A stretch of DNA of 63,772 nucleotides, the filler included, from Stramenopiles sp. TOSAG23-2 (taxonomy: Eukaryota), in NCBI GenBank assembly GCA_900128395.1. It is 54 parts of 54 records of this genome, joined end to end, with 100 filler letters (N's around TTAATTAATTAA, not from the genome) between each part and the next. Parts side by side here need not be neighbours in the genome. Positions count along the whole stretch, not along the records: positions 10,699 to 11,785 come from LT653763.1; positions 11,886 to 12,972 come from LT653764.1; positions 13,073 to 14,158 come from LT653765.1; positions 14,259 to 15,344 come from LT653766.1; positions 15,445 to 16,530 come from LT653767.1; positions 16,631 to 17,716 come from LT653768.1; positions 17,817 to 18,902 come from LT653769.1; positions 19,003 to 20,087 come from LT653770.1; 46 more parts are not named here. One strand, given 5' to 3'. This document shows positions 11,114-23,890 of this stretch, piece after piece (within the stretch, counting starts at the first letter, position 1; each line of letters opens with the position of its first letter). The position numbers were made by a program, and so were the translations under genes. The notes beneath the pieces are model-generated. The model was not told where the DNA came from. It worked only from the letters and a program-made list of their open reading frames with translations, and ran no database searches.

Positions 11114-11785
11114 ATGAAATATGTTACAGATTCTATAAACATAATTTAAGCAAAATAAATTATTTTTACAAAAAACATATCAATTGTTAAGCGGCTAAGA
11201 TTTGGTGAATACCACTATGAAAATGAGAATAATGACATTTTATGTGAACCATGTTGTGTGAAGGAAGCCAGTTTAACACGTGCAAAACGTGAGGATCGAT
11301 CTGCATCAGCTGTAAGCAAATTGAAACATGAAAGTGAAGTACTCCATATGTTGAAAGATCATCCAAACATTGTATGTAAATATGTCGATACTACTAGTAA
11401 TAATAATGATAAGAGTCATAAAAACAAAGAAGATATCTTTTTTCAATTAATTATGCAAAAATGTCACGGAACAACTTTATCAAAGGCGATTGCGAACGAA
11501 TTATTGTCTTTAGATATGCGTATTAGATGGTTATACGAGATTGCTGATGCAATGAATTTAGGGTTAGGTTAGGGTTCTAGCCCTTCTCGTATCTATGCAA
11601 ATAAAGAATCAAAAGTTGGATTAGCAGCTAGTAGAGCTATTGGTGATTTATCTTTCAGACCGTATATTTCAAGTGTACCATTTACGAAAATGATAAAAAG
11701 AAAGCATGACAAGCACAATTATTTATAATCATTGCAAGTGATGGTATTTGGGACGTCTTAACTCACAGTGAGGCATGTGAAATTG
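11114..11785 (+). pseudogene. Protein kinase + PP2C phosphatase fusion relic
   Basis: Kinase N-lobe (CVKE..E..ML.DHPNIV..IMQKC..L..WLYEIADAM), an in-frame TAG inside a TTAGGG tract, then PP2C motifs GLAASRAIGD and, after a frameshift, IIASDGIWDVL. Confidence 0.75.
11558..11576 (+). repeat. Interstitial telomere-like tract
   Basis: TTAGGGTTAGGTTAGGGTT exactly at the kinase/PP2C junction. Confidence 0.7.
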
Positions 11786-12659
11786 NNNNNNNNNNNNNNN
11801 NNNNNNNNNNNNNNNNNNNNNNNNNNNNNTTAATTAATTAANNNNNNNNNNNNNNNNNNNNNNNNNNNNNNNNNNNNNNNNNNNNTACAAGTTTATTTGA
11901 TGGTGATTGGGCCGTGGATCATCGTAGTGGTTGTTTTTAATATTTAAATACGACGTATTATACACCGATATTTACCGATTTTTAAACGTACACGGTTTTT
12001 AGAGAGATTATTATATATACGAAAAAATATGCACATTTTATTTTTGTATTTTTTAATGAAGTATACCTCTATATTAACTTCTGGCATATCACTTTTCTGG
12101 TACATATATATGTGACGACCACTACTCTCGTAAGGCCAACAAATTAAAAAGAAGTGTGTTTTTAGCCTCTGTTTTCTGGCACACCCTTCTATGTACTTGA
12201 AAGTGATATTAGAATACGAAATAACCCTATATCATCACCACATCTCCAATTTTTTGAGGATGTGTGAAATACATTTTGATATCTTATTGTGCTATTTATC
12301 TTTAATACATAATTTTGCATGTAGGTAGTAGTTAGTCGTCTACTTATAGCTGAAAGAAGAAGACGATTAATGTACAAATAACAGAAGAAGAGAACAAGAT
12401 TGTAATTTCTTTTTGTAGCTCTGTACATTTGTATTTATTTATTGCCGTCTTATGAGATATACTTACCATATTATCAAATATAACAAAGCAAATAATTATT
12501 AATATTTCTTACTATCATCTTCTTTATAAATATTACAGTAAGATATTAGTTAATTATTAATAGTTAGTCATAAATATAATATTGAACAGAATAAATACAT
12601 CAAATATATACAGATACAAAACTTAGATAGCCTTATTGCTATTATTATAGATAAAAACA

Positions 12660-12710
12660 ATGATGATGATGACTAGTGAGGGCAACAATAATAGCAATAA
12701 ATACAATGGA

Positions 12711-12741
<31 letters not shown>

Positions 12742-12972
12742 GTCACAACGAAAAGAAACAACCAGCAATATCACCGAAAATTATTCAACATGATCGTGAT
12801 AAATTTGACCAATTTTTTGATATGGATCGAAATATACATGATGAATTTATAACTTGGATTGGTAACAATGGGGGAAAATTTCCTAAATTATATTTAAAAG
12901 AGTATGCAAATGGTGTCCGAGGTGTGCATACGAATGGGACGATACATGAGGATGAAGTGATCATGCGAATTC
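12660..12972 (+). CDS. SET-domain (SETD3/LSMT-like) methyltransferase, N-terminus
   Basis: FITWIGNNGGKFPKLYLKEYANGVRGVHT..IHEDEVIMRI; poly-Asn leader. Confidence 0.7.
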
Positions 12973-13586
12973 NNNNNNNNNNNNNNNNNNNNNNNNNNNN
13001 NNNNNNNNNNNNNNNNTTAATTAATTAANNNNNNNNNNNNNNNNNNNNNNNNNNNNNNNNNNNNNNNNNNNNCTCATAAAGTTACGACAAATATAAATAG
13101 AGAATGAATTCACATGTAGAAAAATTTATAATGATACATCAACTACATCTTGTCTAATTGCATTAGAACCTGCATTTTCATCTCATTAATTCAAAGGTCT
13201 CCACACTCCTAAAAATTTCTTAATACCTCCAACAGTTTTAAATCTTATTGAACCTTCTGTATTACTATATTGTCATAATAGAAAAAGATATATATATATA
13301 TTTATAATATTTGGATTTATTTATTGCCACTTAATTAGAGCAATTGTGTGGGTGTGAGGAGAAGAGGGCCTTTTCTGTTAATGTACCGTATGTATTAAAA
13401 AATATTAAATATCGTAGTAGAAATATTATACTCTCTCGCTTGTCAAAACTATTCTATGTGTTCATGTTTCATGCACATATTCATATATAGATATATATAT
13501 ATTTATTGTTGTCTACTTCATGTATACATATATATATATGAAAGAATACATGCCTTTCTCCTCTCTCTTTCTCTTTGTTTCGAGTG

Positions 13587-14158
13587 TTACCCCAATCCTA
13601 AATTTTTTAAAAATTCTTGATTTCTAGAAATATTTTTTTTCCTTTCTTTTTCATATAAACTTTCACCTTCTGATGCTTTTCTAGCACTTTTACGACGTTT
13701 TCGATCTGCTTCCTTTGCTGCACGTTGAAATTCTTTTTCCTCCTTTGCTTTACGTTCCTTTTCTTGTTTTTTATATTCGTTCCATGCCGCAACTTCAACT
13801 GCACGTTTACGCTTTTTAAGAACTTGTCGTATTTGTGCATTAAGATTACTAAAACTTAATAAATCACCTGCTGGGCCAGTACGATGAAATACTTGCTTTG
13901 CTTCAAAGGATACTAAAAAACGACCAAAGAAAAGATTTTTATCTTTTGGTTGTCTTCTGGAAAATGGGCCACATTTCAATTTACCAGCAATACGCAATGC
14001 ATTTACTTGGATTTCTTCAAATGTATCAAATATCTCTTTCTCATGATATTTTCGTTTTCCCTCATTAAAACATTCTTGCAAATCATCCATTGCTTGTAAT
14101 TGCTTTAACGTATACATTTTACGGCAATGTATGGTTGGTATCCATTGCTCTTTTCCAT
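13587..14158 (-). CDS. Unknown protein, C-terminal part
   Basis: Open to the contig edge; ends in YEKERKKNISRNQEFLKNLGL, a YExxRxxNIxRN motif seen in chromatin-associated proteins. Confidence 0.55.
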
Positions 14159-14258
14159 NNNNNNNNNNNNNNNNNNNNNNNNNNNNNNNNNNNNNNNNNN
14201 NNTTAATTAATTAANNNNNNNNNNNNNNNNNNNNNNNNNNNNNNNNNNNNNNNNNNNN

Positions 14259-14888
14259 TATAACAATTTAAAAGCAGCATTTAATGATGGTAATGAGGAT
14301 AATAGTTCCAACTCTGATTTTATAAAGACATTTAAATATTCCACAAAAATACAAACATGTTTACAAATTGTATTAAATTATATAAATGTATATTTATCAA
14401 ATGGACAAAATGGTATAATGGAAGTAAAAGCACCGATATTATCTACCTATGAGCAAAGGTTGCAAATTAATCAAGTAAATGATGTCAAAGAAGAATTTAT
14501 TGGGCGAGAAACAATAAATGGTGCAAATCGTTTACCAGCAATACAAACAAACCCAAATACAATACGAAAAATGAATTTCAAATCATTATTAGAATCTATT
14601 GCGGAAAAGGAAGGTTTATTATTTATGCCATGGAATGGTGGTAAAAAACATTCAAGTGGAAAAACAATTTATTGTTTTGGTGATGTTTGTAGAATATATA
14701 TGGATAATGGTGTTGCATTTTTAAAAGGTGATAGTAGTGAATGGGAACCGGTGTCATTGGATGAATTAGTTCAAAAAGCAAGAAGGAGCGATGATAATAA
14801 TAGTAATGGGAGTAGGACGACGAATGATGTTGAGAAAAAAGACCGAGATCAACATCAACAAAATATGGATATCGATGATCTTGATTGA
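14259..14888 (+). CDS. TFIP11: Tuftelin-interacting protein 11 / Ntr1, C-terminus
   Basis: NFKSLLESIAEKEGLLFMP..GKTIYCFG..IYMDNGVAF..WEPVSLDELV; the first 55 bp equal the last 55 bp of contig 20188-21272. Confidence 0.85.
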   Translation, partial: YNNLKAAFNDGNEDNSSNSDFIKTFKYSTKIQTCLQIVLNYINVYLSNGQNGIMEVKAPILSTYEQRLQINQVNDVKEEFIGRETINGANRLPAIQTNPNTIRKMNFKSLLESIAEKEGLLFMPWNGGKKHSSGKTIYCFGDVCRIYMDNGVAFLKGDSSEWEPVSLDELVQKARRSDDNNSNGSRTTNDVEKKDRDQHQQNMDIDDLD

Positions 14889-15901
14889 AAAATTATTTGA
14901 TTTATTATTTTATATAAAAAAATATCAGTATGCCAGTATTATACAAAGCTAGTAAAATATGGACACACGCGAAAATATTAAAAACTTTTTTTTTATGATA
15001 GCGTAAAATTTAAATATACATGTACACCACATTCTGTTTTCCATTTCTGCAGCATTTTCTCTAATTCATCAAATATGATAAAATATAAATTTCTCTAAGC
15101 AGAGTGGACATTAATTGTTGATATGAGCCGGTATACACACACACACACACACACACACTACTTTCACCTTCCATATATATATATATATACACCCTACACC
15201 CAATCGTATTCCAATTTCAAAACGATTTGATTTGGTGGTTGAATTTGCAATGCCATCGCAGCATGTTGTTGCATCTGTTGCAATTCCATTAAAATATCAT
15301 TTAATGATAACGAAACGTGTTCACTTCCCCATCCATGATGGTTCNNNNNNNNNNNNNNNNNNNNNNNNNNNNNNNNNNNNNNNNNNNNTTAATTAATTAA
15401 NNNNNNNNNNNNNNNNNNNNNNNNNNNNNNNNNNNNNNNNNNNNTGTTTTGTATTTCTTGACGCCATCTTGTATATATATATATATATATATCTTGTGTG
15501 TTATCTATATAGTTCAACATTATTCTATTTCATATATATTTCTTAGTTCAAATTCAAAGGAACGACTAGAAATACAACATGGAAGAGAGACACGAAAAGG
15601 CATTCATTAGAAAAAAAGCTTTTTGTTGAATGTGTAAAGAAAGAGTAAAAAATAATTTGTTGTGTTATTGTTTTAATTTCTTTTTAGTGTTTCCAACATT
15701 TTGGTATCACCACGCATGCGCCGTATCTCATATACTTTCACAACTCACCACACCTTGCTCCCCGTTTGCTCCATCTCATTTCCTCACATCTATTTGTATT
15801 TGGAATTTATATTTGATTGTTGAAACGGATGATTAGATAGACGACATCTCTCTATATGCAAACAACTCTTTCATTCTGGACGTCTTCCTCTGATTGTATT
15901 G

Positions 15902-16530
15902 TTAATGATTTAAATCACCATTACCATATCCTACTTCTCTACCATTTTCATCATGCCAATTTGCTTTTCCACCTTTTGAACGTATAAGTGCAATGATCTC
16001 TTGGCGAATTGAACTATCATTATTATATGCATAGTCCAGGGGAGTGGATCCCGACCTGGACTTCTTATTAATGCTATCAAGAGTCATATGAGTTAATAAC
16101 AATTGAATTAACTCAGTAGTCGTTCTGTTATTACGTGCTGCCCAATGTAATGCATTCCATCCATCACTATCTACAATATTAGGATCAGCTTCACCTTGTT
16201 CAATCAAATATTCAACTAGTTGGAAATGTTCGCAGGCTGCAGCTGCAATTAAAGGTGTACAATCAAAACCAAGACTACTCCTACCGACTTGATTCACCAT
16301 CTCGTTCAACGTCATATTACCTTCTTTCACACCGTTCATTTCAATATATTTATGAAAACGATGTAAATTTACAAATAATAACACATCATTCATACGTCCT
16401 TCTTCACATGCACATACCAGTGCCGACCTCCCTTCAAACTCATTTTCATACCTTTGATATAGCTCATACAACTGTTTTGGTTTACTTATCGCTTCACTTA
16501 CACACTCATTAAAACTTGCATGTCCTAAAT
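15902..16530 (-). CDS. Ankyrin-repeat protein of the KGGKAN-tail family (5'-partial)
   Basis: ALVCACEEG, TPLIAAA..LVEYLIEQGEADPN, NALHWAA, TPLDYA, then the conserved tail. Confidence 0.9.
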
Positions 16531-16854
16531 NNNNNNNNNNNNNNNNNNNNNNNNNNNNNNNNNNNNNNNNNNNNTTAATTAATTAANNNNNNNNNNNNNN
16601 NNNNNNNNNNNNNNNNNNNNNNNNNNNNNNTGTATCTCTCTAACTTAATGTATAGCGCTTAGAATTCCTGATTATGGTCTGTAGCAAGGGGAGATGAGAC
16701 AATTTTAGTGTAGGGACCGAGTACTTCGTGTATGTTATATATTCCATTTGCAGTTGCATTTGTAAAATATAAAGATATAATTAATAAAGGTGCAAAGTGC
16801 TAAGTGCCTCTAAAAAAAAAATGCCACTTCGACAACTTTTACATATAATAATAC

Positions 16855-17530
16855 AGGCTGGCAGGCCCAACAATAACATGGTGCCAAGCCTTAGCAAGCC
16901 CAGCAAGGTGCCAAGAGCAAACCAGCAAATAATAATAGTCGTCTATACTGTTATTATGTGCCACTCACAATGCTATTTAATGCTAATGCAGGTAATTTTC
17001 CTTCTAGCAAAAGCTGGCAAGATGAAGATCGGGCCCGCCGGCCCGCCAATTATTTTTTTTCAATGGAGGGGTTTTGGCAGGCCCAGCACAGGCCTTGCAG
17101 GTTGGCAGAGCTTATACTATTATTATTCAATTAACACTCTGTCATTATACTACTGTAGACCTTAGTCTAAGTCGTCCTACGTCCTACAATTACGAGGGTG
17201 ATTTAAGGTTATTACGTTATTACAGCTTTTTTTTTTTCCTAGTATGTGACACAGTTGGCAAGCTCGCTATTTCCTGGGAAAACGTAGAATGCCTCTGGTA
17301 GGTTCAAATTTTGGATCGTGGCTGAATTTCCTTGTCGAGTGAGGTATACCAAACAATGGCAATTTAAATTATAGCATTATAAATTAACTAAACTTTCCAT
17401 TAGTATTAATACTCTGTAATAACTTGATAAGAAAAATATTCCCTGGCCCGGTTGTAGTATAGTTAGCTAACTGGCTAGCCAGGCTAGCTCTAGCTAGCCA
17501 GCTATGCGCTATAGCTAACTGGCTAACTTC
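16855..17530. mobile_element. Non-coding repeat or transposon relic rich in GGCAG/CCAGC/CTAGC words
   Basis: No credible ORF; GC-rich words in an AT-rich background; palindrome-rich block at 17461-17528; a similar motif recurs at 32348-32365. Confidence 0.4.
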
Positions 17531-18043
17531 CTTATTATTGCCACGTTGCCAAATAATAGCAATAACACTATAACCACCAGATAATATTAATATATACCAT
17601 ACTGTATCATCATTATACTTGTACATACTGTAGTGCGGTATACCATTATTAACATTATTACCACCATCCACCACCTGGAAAAAACAAATGATATAGATAG
17701 TATAATCAAATATATANNNNNNNNNNNNNNNNNNNNNNNNNNNNNNNNNNNNNNNNNNNNTTAATTAATTAANNNNNNNNNNNNNNNNNNNNNNNNNNNN
17801 NNNNNNNNNNNNNNNNTTACTGTCCCTTTTTTATATATTGTTTTATTATTTTGTTTTATACTGAGACGATATTTATATTTTAATATATTTCGTATATAAT
17901 ATATTTAATTACCGTCTTCTCTTGTTTCAATACACATATGAACTTGATCTCTCACTAGATCATTTTGTTCCTGCTTTAATTTTTTTATAATATGTGCGTT
18001 GAAATTGTTTTACAACTTTTCGATTCTCCTTCTTTTATTTTTT

Positions 18044-18902
18044 TTATAATTCACTCGAACGTTTGCATCCTTTTGCTCTTAACATTTCAATAATTTTTTG
18101 TCTTGAACTTTCACCAGCATTAGTGTCAGTACTACTATTTTCATCATTGTTGGTATCATGGGTTGTATAATAAGAAATCCCGTCTACAATATTCGTGAAA
18201 TCATACGGCTCAGGCGCAACTTTGTATGCTACATCTAACGGGGTCTCCCCGATTGTATTCAAGTGATTCAAAAATTCTGTTGTAGCAGATTTATGGTTAA
18301 TCAATTTATCCAATATCGTTAAATTAGGGTCAGTTTTATCACTGTACCGAATCACATAAAAATGCAATGCATTCCACTCTTTATCTGTTCGTAAAGTGAC
18401 GTTGAGTTCTTCTCTTGCTAACAATGCCAATATATTTTCATGCCAATAAGTTTCTACGTCATTGTTATATCTAAACAATGATGCTGATAGAGCAGTCCAT
18501 TTATCTCCCAAATGACAGTAGTCTCTACTGAAGAATTTATGTGTACTTTGTTCATTGATAATATCTTTGATAGGTCTGTTTCGAAGAGGCAGTAATGTAC
18601 GAAAGGACAAAAATTCGATGGCCTCTCCTCCTAAACAATATTCCTGAAATGCCGGAACTTCTATTGTACTATCAAACTCTTGAAGGAAGTCTCTCATATC
18701 ATTTACTCTTTGAAACGCACATGTTGCGATCATCCCATATATGATATTACCTACCTTAGTGTCATATTGCTTAAAGATAGATGTCAAAGCAAACTTGTAT
18801 AACGACTCCGGATCCAAAAATTCATATATGGATGTCATTATTGCTTTACCTGCATCACCGCCAGGTATCACAATATTACCAAATTGCAATACTGTCTTTT
18901 CA
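18044..18902 (-). CDS. F-box-like + ankyrin protein (5'-partial)
   Basis: IMTSIYEFLDPESLYKFALTS (F-box-like); WTALSAS, WNALHFY, GETPLDVAY; tail RQKIIEMLRAKGCK resembles the family tail. Confidence 0.65.
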
Positions 18903-19504
18903 NNNNNNNNNNNNNNNNNNNNNNNNNNNNNNNNNNNNNNNNNNNNTTAATTAATTAANNNNNNNNNNNNNNNNNNNNNNNNNNNNNNNNNNNNNNNNNN
19001 NNTGCCTACCATGATCATCAACATGTACACGACATGGATATGCATCTGCAGTAAATAGTTTACGTTCAAAAGTAAGTTTTGCATTATTATTATTATTGGT
19101 ATTAGTCGTCGTCGTAGTAGAAGTAGTGGAAACAATGAGTATACTAATTATTATTATGAATATTTGTTTACAACAATCAATAATACTATTTTGATGATGA
19201 TCATTGTTGAATAATAATTTCATCGTCGTTTTGATCAATTTTAATTAAATGAATAAATATGTAAAATATAATTGTGTTCATAGGTTGTTATAGGTTCTCT
19301 CTCTTTGTTTTAAATAATATATATATATTTTAATTTATTATAGACGACTAATGCATTATTATATTTACTACAGGTGTACTATACCGCGACCATTATTTTT
19401 TTGTTGCTGCTGCTATAATATAAATAATAATACCCTTTTTACATGTACCTTAAGTAATGTAAAAAATATAAAACAAAAGTGAATTCAGGGGTGCTAAATT
19501 TAAG

Positions 19505-20087
19505 GAAAAGAATAATAAAATGTTTTACTAGATTTACTGATTTACTGAGTGCTGTGTTAGTCTATAAGTAATAGTTTTGTATTGACATCAGCTATATCTT
19601 TATTATTATTCTAGCAGGTATAAATCTTGACCACCACCAAGCAGGTTAGTATAGAAACTAATAATTATGTATTAATTAATATATATCTATATGATGAATG
19701 ATAGAATAAAAAGAAGATTATAAGATGAGATACACAATATATAATATACAAAACATATATAGATATATAAACAACGACAATCCAAACCCTCCCACAAAAA
19801 AAATAAGAAAAGAATAATAAAATGTTTTACTAGATTTACTGATTTACTGAGTGCTGTGTTATTCTATAAGTAATAGTTTTGTATTGACATCAACTATATC
19901 TTTATTATTATTCTAGCAGGTATAAATCTTGACCACCACCAAGCCGGGCAAGCAGGTTAGTATATAGAAGAAACTAATTATTATGTATTAATTAATATAT
20001 ATCTATATGATGAATGATAGATTAAAAAGAAGATTAAGATGAGATACACAATATATAATATACAAACATATAAAGATATATAAACAA
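19505..20087. repeat. About 270-bp imperfect direct repeat (period about 302 bp)
   Basis: GAAAAGAATAATAAAATGTTTTACTAGATTTACTG... at 19505 and 19807, differing by substitutions and small indels. Confidence 0.9.
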
Positions 20088-20187
20088 NNNNNNNNNNNNN
20101 NNNNNNNNNNNNNNNNNNNNNNNNNNNNNNNTTAATTAATTAANNNNNNNNNNNNNNNNNNNNNNNNNNNNNNNNNNNNNNNNNNNN

Positions 20188-21272
20188 AACAGCATACCCA
20201 TGGCTTGATCAATTAGAAACTGTATTTAATATTTTAAAAGTGAAATATCGTGATTATTTTTATCAATATGGATTATATCGAATTATACCAGACATTGTTA
20301 TGTCCAATCTAAAACAAGATTTTAAACAATTTAATAGAAAGTTAATGGAAAATACAATTGAAATGCATCAAGTTATGCATCGTATTCGGAAATGTTTTGG
20401 CGATTATACATTTCCAACAAGCACGAAAATACGTTTAAATCTATATGATCAAATAATGGATGAAATTATTGTATCAAAAATAGAACGTGAAACAATACAA
20501 ACAAATTGGAATCCTATTGAAAGTAGTGATCAATTGATTCAATTATTAAATAATTGGAAACAAAATCATGTCATGTCCAATTATCATTACAATACTATTT
20601 TAGATGAACAAATTATACCAAAATTGATTTATACATTAGAACATGTGTATGTAAATAATAATAATAATAATAATGATGATGTTATCATTCCGCCACATGT
20701 ATGGTTACATCCATGGTTACCAATGTTAAAAGCTAAAATAATAGAATTGAATGATACATTATATCAAAGTTTATCTACGATATTAAGTGATCTTCTTAGC
20801 AAAAATAATAATAATAATAACAATAGTACTAGCACTTGTGCAGAAATTATGAAATATATTGTACCATGGAATGGTATATTGAAACAAGATTTAATTGATG
20901 ATATTGTTGAAACAAGTGTTATTCCATATCTAGTAATGGATATGAGAAATGCTGTTACATCATATTCAAGTTTAAAATGTACATTCAATAATATAAAGCT
21001 TATCATTGAAATGAATACATTTATAAATCCAATACAATTATTATCATTATTAGAAGGTGAATTTTTTCCACAATGTACAAATGCATTGAAACAAATATTA
21101 TTAGTTGGGAATAGTAGTAGTAGTAGTAGTAGTAGTAGTAGCAGTAGTAGTAATGATACGACGACAACGACAAATGCATTAACAAACCAAGTAGATTTGA
21201 AATTACTTTTGAATTGGTATAACAATTTAAAAGCAGCATTTAATGATGGTAATGAGGATAATAGTTCCAACT
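20188..21272 (+). CDS. TFIP11: TFIP11/Ntr1 central GCFC domain (continues in 14259-14888)
   Basis: WNP..QLLNNWK..ILDEQIIPKL..PPHVWLHPWLP..PW..LLEGEFFP..WY. Confidence 0.8.
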
Positions 21273-21481
21273 NNNNNNNNNNNNNNNNNNNNNNNNNNNN
21301 NNNNNNNNNNNNNNNNTTAATTAATTAANNNNNNNNNNNNNNNNNNNNNNNNNNNNNNNNNNNNNNNNNNNNTTTATAATATTCTCCGGTATATGCATAT
21401 TATTTTCGTGTCTGCATAACACACACTACACTTTTACGAGTAAATTTCGATGTATGATATGCATCATATATCCTCGCTTCT

Positions 21482-22457
21482 TCATTGTTTACTTTCATCG
21501 CCACTCCCATATGATGGATTTTCTTTACTATTATTAATCAAATCTTTGCTTTCTGCTTTATATTTATACATATCAAATTCACAACAAAATAATTTTTTTA
21601 TCATGGAAGATAAATTTGTATAAATAAATCGTGGCATTGGAATCAATGGTGATGTTGTCTTTGCATATTGTTCCCAATTTGCACCATTATCTTCCAACTC
21701 ATACCAACGTTTTAAATTTGGTCCTTCTGCATATGGTATACCAGATAAAAATAACAATACGAAGATTGAAAATATTGGAGAAACAATTGTTAACCATCCT
21801 AATCCATTAGTATTATTTGACGAGATAATAATTGGTATTGCACCAATGAATATACCTGCCCATAACATGATTTCACCAAAATAATTTGGATGTCTACTAT
21901 ATTTCCAAATACCAACTTGGCATATAATACCTTTATTCTTTGGATCTTTACGAAATTGAAATTTTTGATAATCTGCAACAACCTGGGATAAAAATCCAAT
22001 TGCATATACGATCCATCCGATCCAATCAATTGCACTTAATGATGGGTTGGTACTATCCCCATTCACAAAGACGACAGGTGCTATCGTTGCAAAAACCCAT
22101 ATCATTTGATACACCCAAAAACCTAGAAATGCGAAAAAATTTTCACGCAACTCGTCAAATCTAGCATCTTTCTTACGTGAACATACACGATATAATAAAA
22201 ATAAACCTAATTCTGCACGGCATGCAAGTAGCAATCCAGTTAATACCACTTGCCTCGTATAAAACGTCCCATTGAATGTTAGAGTTAATATTGCTAATAT
22301 GCATTTATTTAACGCAGCAGCAAAGTCAGTTAATAAATCAAATTTACATACATATGCTATCGTAAAAAATGATAATTGCAAACCTACAGTAAATAATGCT
22401 GAAAATGCAAAATAATGTTCATCCAATATCTCCACTTTTGTTGAAGATGTAGTTGTT
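21482..22457 (-). CDS. DUF1295 / steroid 5-alpha-reductase-like membrane protein
   Basis: KDARFDELR..FWVYQMIWVF..ADYQKFQFR..GIWKYSRHPNYFGEIMLW..LLFLSGIP. Confidence 0.9.
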
Positions 22458-22613
22458 NNNNNNNNNNNNNNNNNNNNNNNNNNNNNNNNNNNNNNNNNNN
22501 NTTAATTAATTAANNNNNNNNNNNNNNNNNNNNNNNNNNNNNNNNNNNNNNNNNNNNTATATATATATATTATATATATATATATATATATATCAATGCA
22601 ATTTCCAACTTAC

Positions 22614-23534
22614 AATGTGTGAATTACGTAATGTAATTGTAATACCATGATCATTTCCTAAATGTGTTTCTGCAATATCAACACCTTTTCTGTATGAATG
22701 TAAACTTTGCTCATGGCGTTTTAAAAATTCTTGTTCAACACCAATATTATGATATGCAATTGCTAATACCGCAATACGATCCACTTTTTGTGCAACACCA
22801 TTGTTACCATCTCCACCAGACATTGCACCACTAAATAATTCTTCTTGCAATAAAATCAATGCAGATTGTGCATGTTCCAATGCGCCTATATTTTATTATT
22901 ATTATTATTATTATTATACGTATTTAATTTAGTTAGTTAGCTATATATGATATCGTATTGATAATAGATAGAAAGATAGATAGATAGACCGATCGCTTCC
23001 ACCCCCTTTTCTTCCCCACCTCCTCCACCTCTTATATATCAATAAATATTTCAACTTACCAGCATGTCTACCTAATTGACTTAATACGGCACACATATTT
23101 AAATGTGTATCAGCAGGATTATCCACATGTTCCAAACGTGATTCTATACGCAATGCCTTTTGCAAATAGGACAATGCCGCATGCAATTTACCTTGCCTGC
23201 GATAATAACATGCTAAATTATTATATGTCACAGCACGTCCAGCTTCATCCCGTTCCGTTAAAATTTCAGCTTTTTTCAATAATTCTAATACCATACCAAA
23301 ATCTTCTTGTTGTAAATATGTCATGGCTAATAAATTACACATTTCACCAACTGTTTTACATGCACGCCATACTTCATCGCTATCCGCACCAAAAAAATGC
23401 TGTCGCAACACTAAGCCACGTTCCATGCATTCTAATGCTTCTAAATATTTACCTTGTTCTTGTAATTTGACACACGTATCATCAATACGTTGTAAAGCTA
23501 ATAATTCTGCGTTTTCAGAAGTTTCTTCGTCCAT
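22614..23534 (-). CDS. TPR-repeat protein (exons 23534-23060 and 22885-22614; continues off the contig)
   Basis: AVTYNNLACYYRRQGKLHAALSYLQKAL; LAIAYHNIGVEQEFL. Intron 23059-22886 (GTAAGT..CTAAC..TAG) is in frame; the next donor GTAAGT is at 22613. Confidence 0.85.
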
Positions 23535-23850
23535 TGTTTATGTTAATATTGTTGAATATATCTCTTGTGTGTGTTTTATTGTTATTATGTTTTTGATTAC
23601 GTTATATCTTTGTTATATATATATATATATATATATATATATNNNNNNNNNNNNNNNNNNNNNNNNNNNNNNNNNNNNNNNNNNNNTTAATTAATTAANN
23701 NNNNNNNNNNNNNNNNNNNNNNNNNNNNNNNNNNNNNNNNNNACTGTTTGTTTTATTTTTGTGCATTCACTGTAATATGTGTTTGTATCAATATATATGT
23801 ATATCGATCGTTTGTGTGTTTTTCTATTAGGTCGTTACTGTAGTATATAT

Positions 23851-23890
23851 GTAGTTTATTGTAGTTTATTGTAGTTTATTGTAGTTTATT
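23851..23890. repeat. 10-bp tandem repeat x4
   Basis: (GTAGTTTATT)4. Confidence 0.9.

Noticed and set aside
20764-21270. Many antisense ORFs with poly-Leu/Ile/Tyr runs (also 36875, 60662, 63237)
   Set aside because: They are shadows of AAT/AGT/GAT repeat-rich real genes on the opposite strand.
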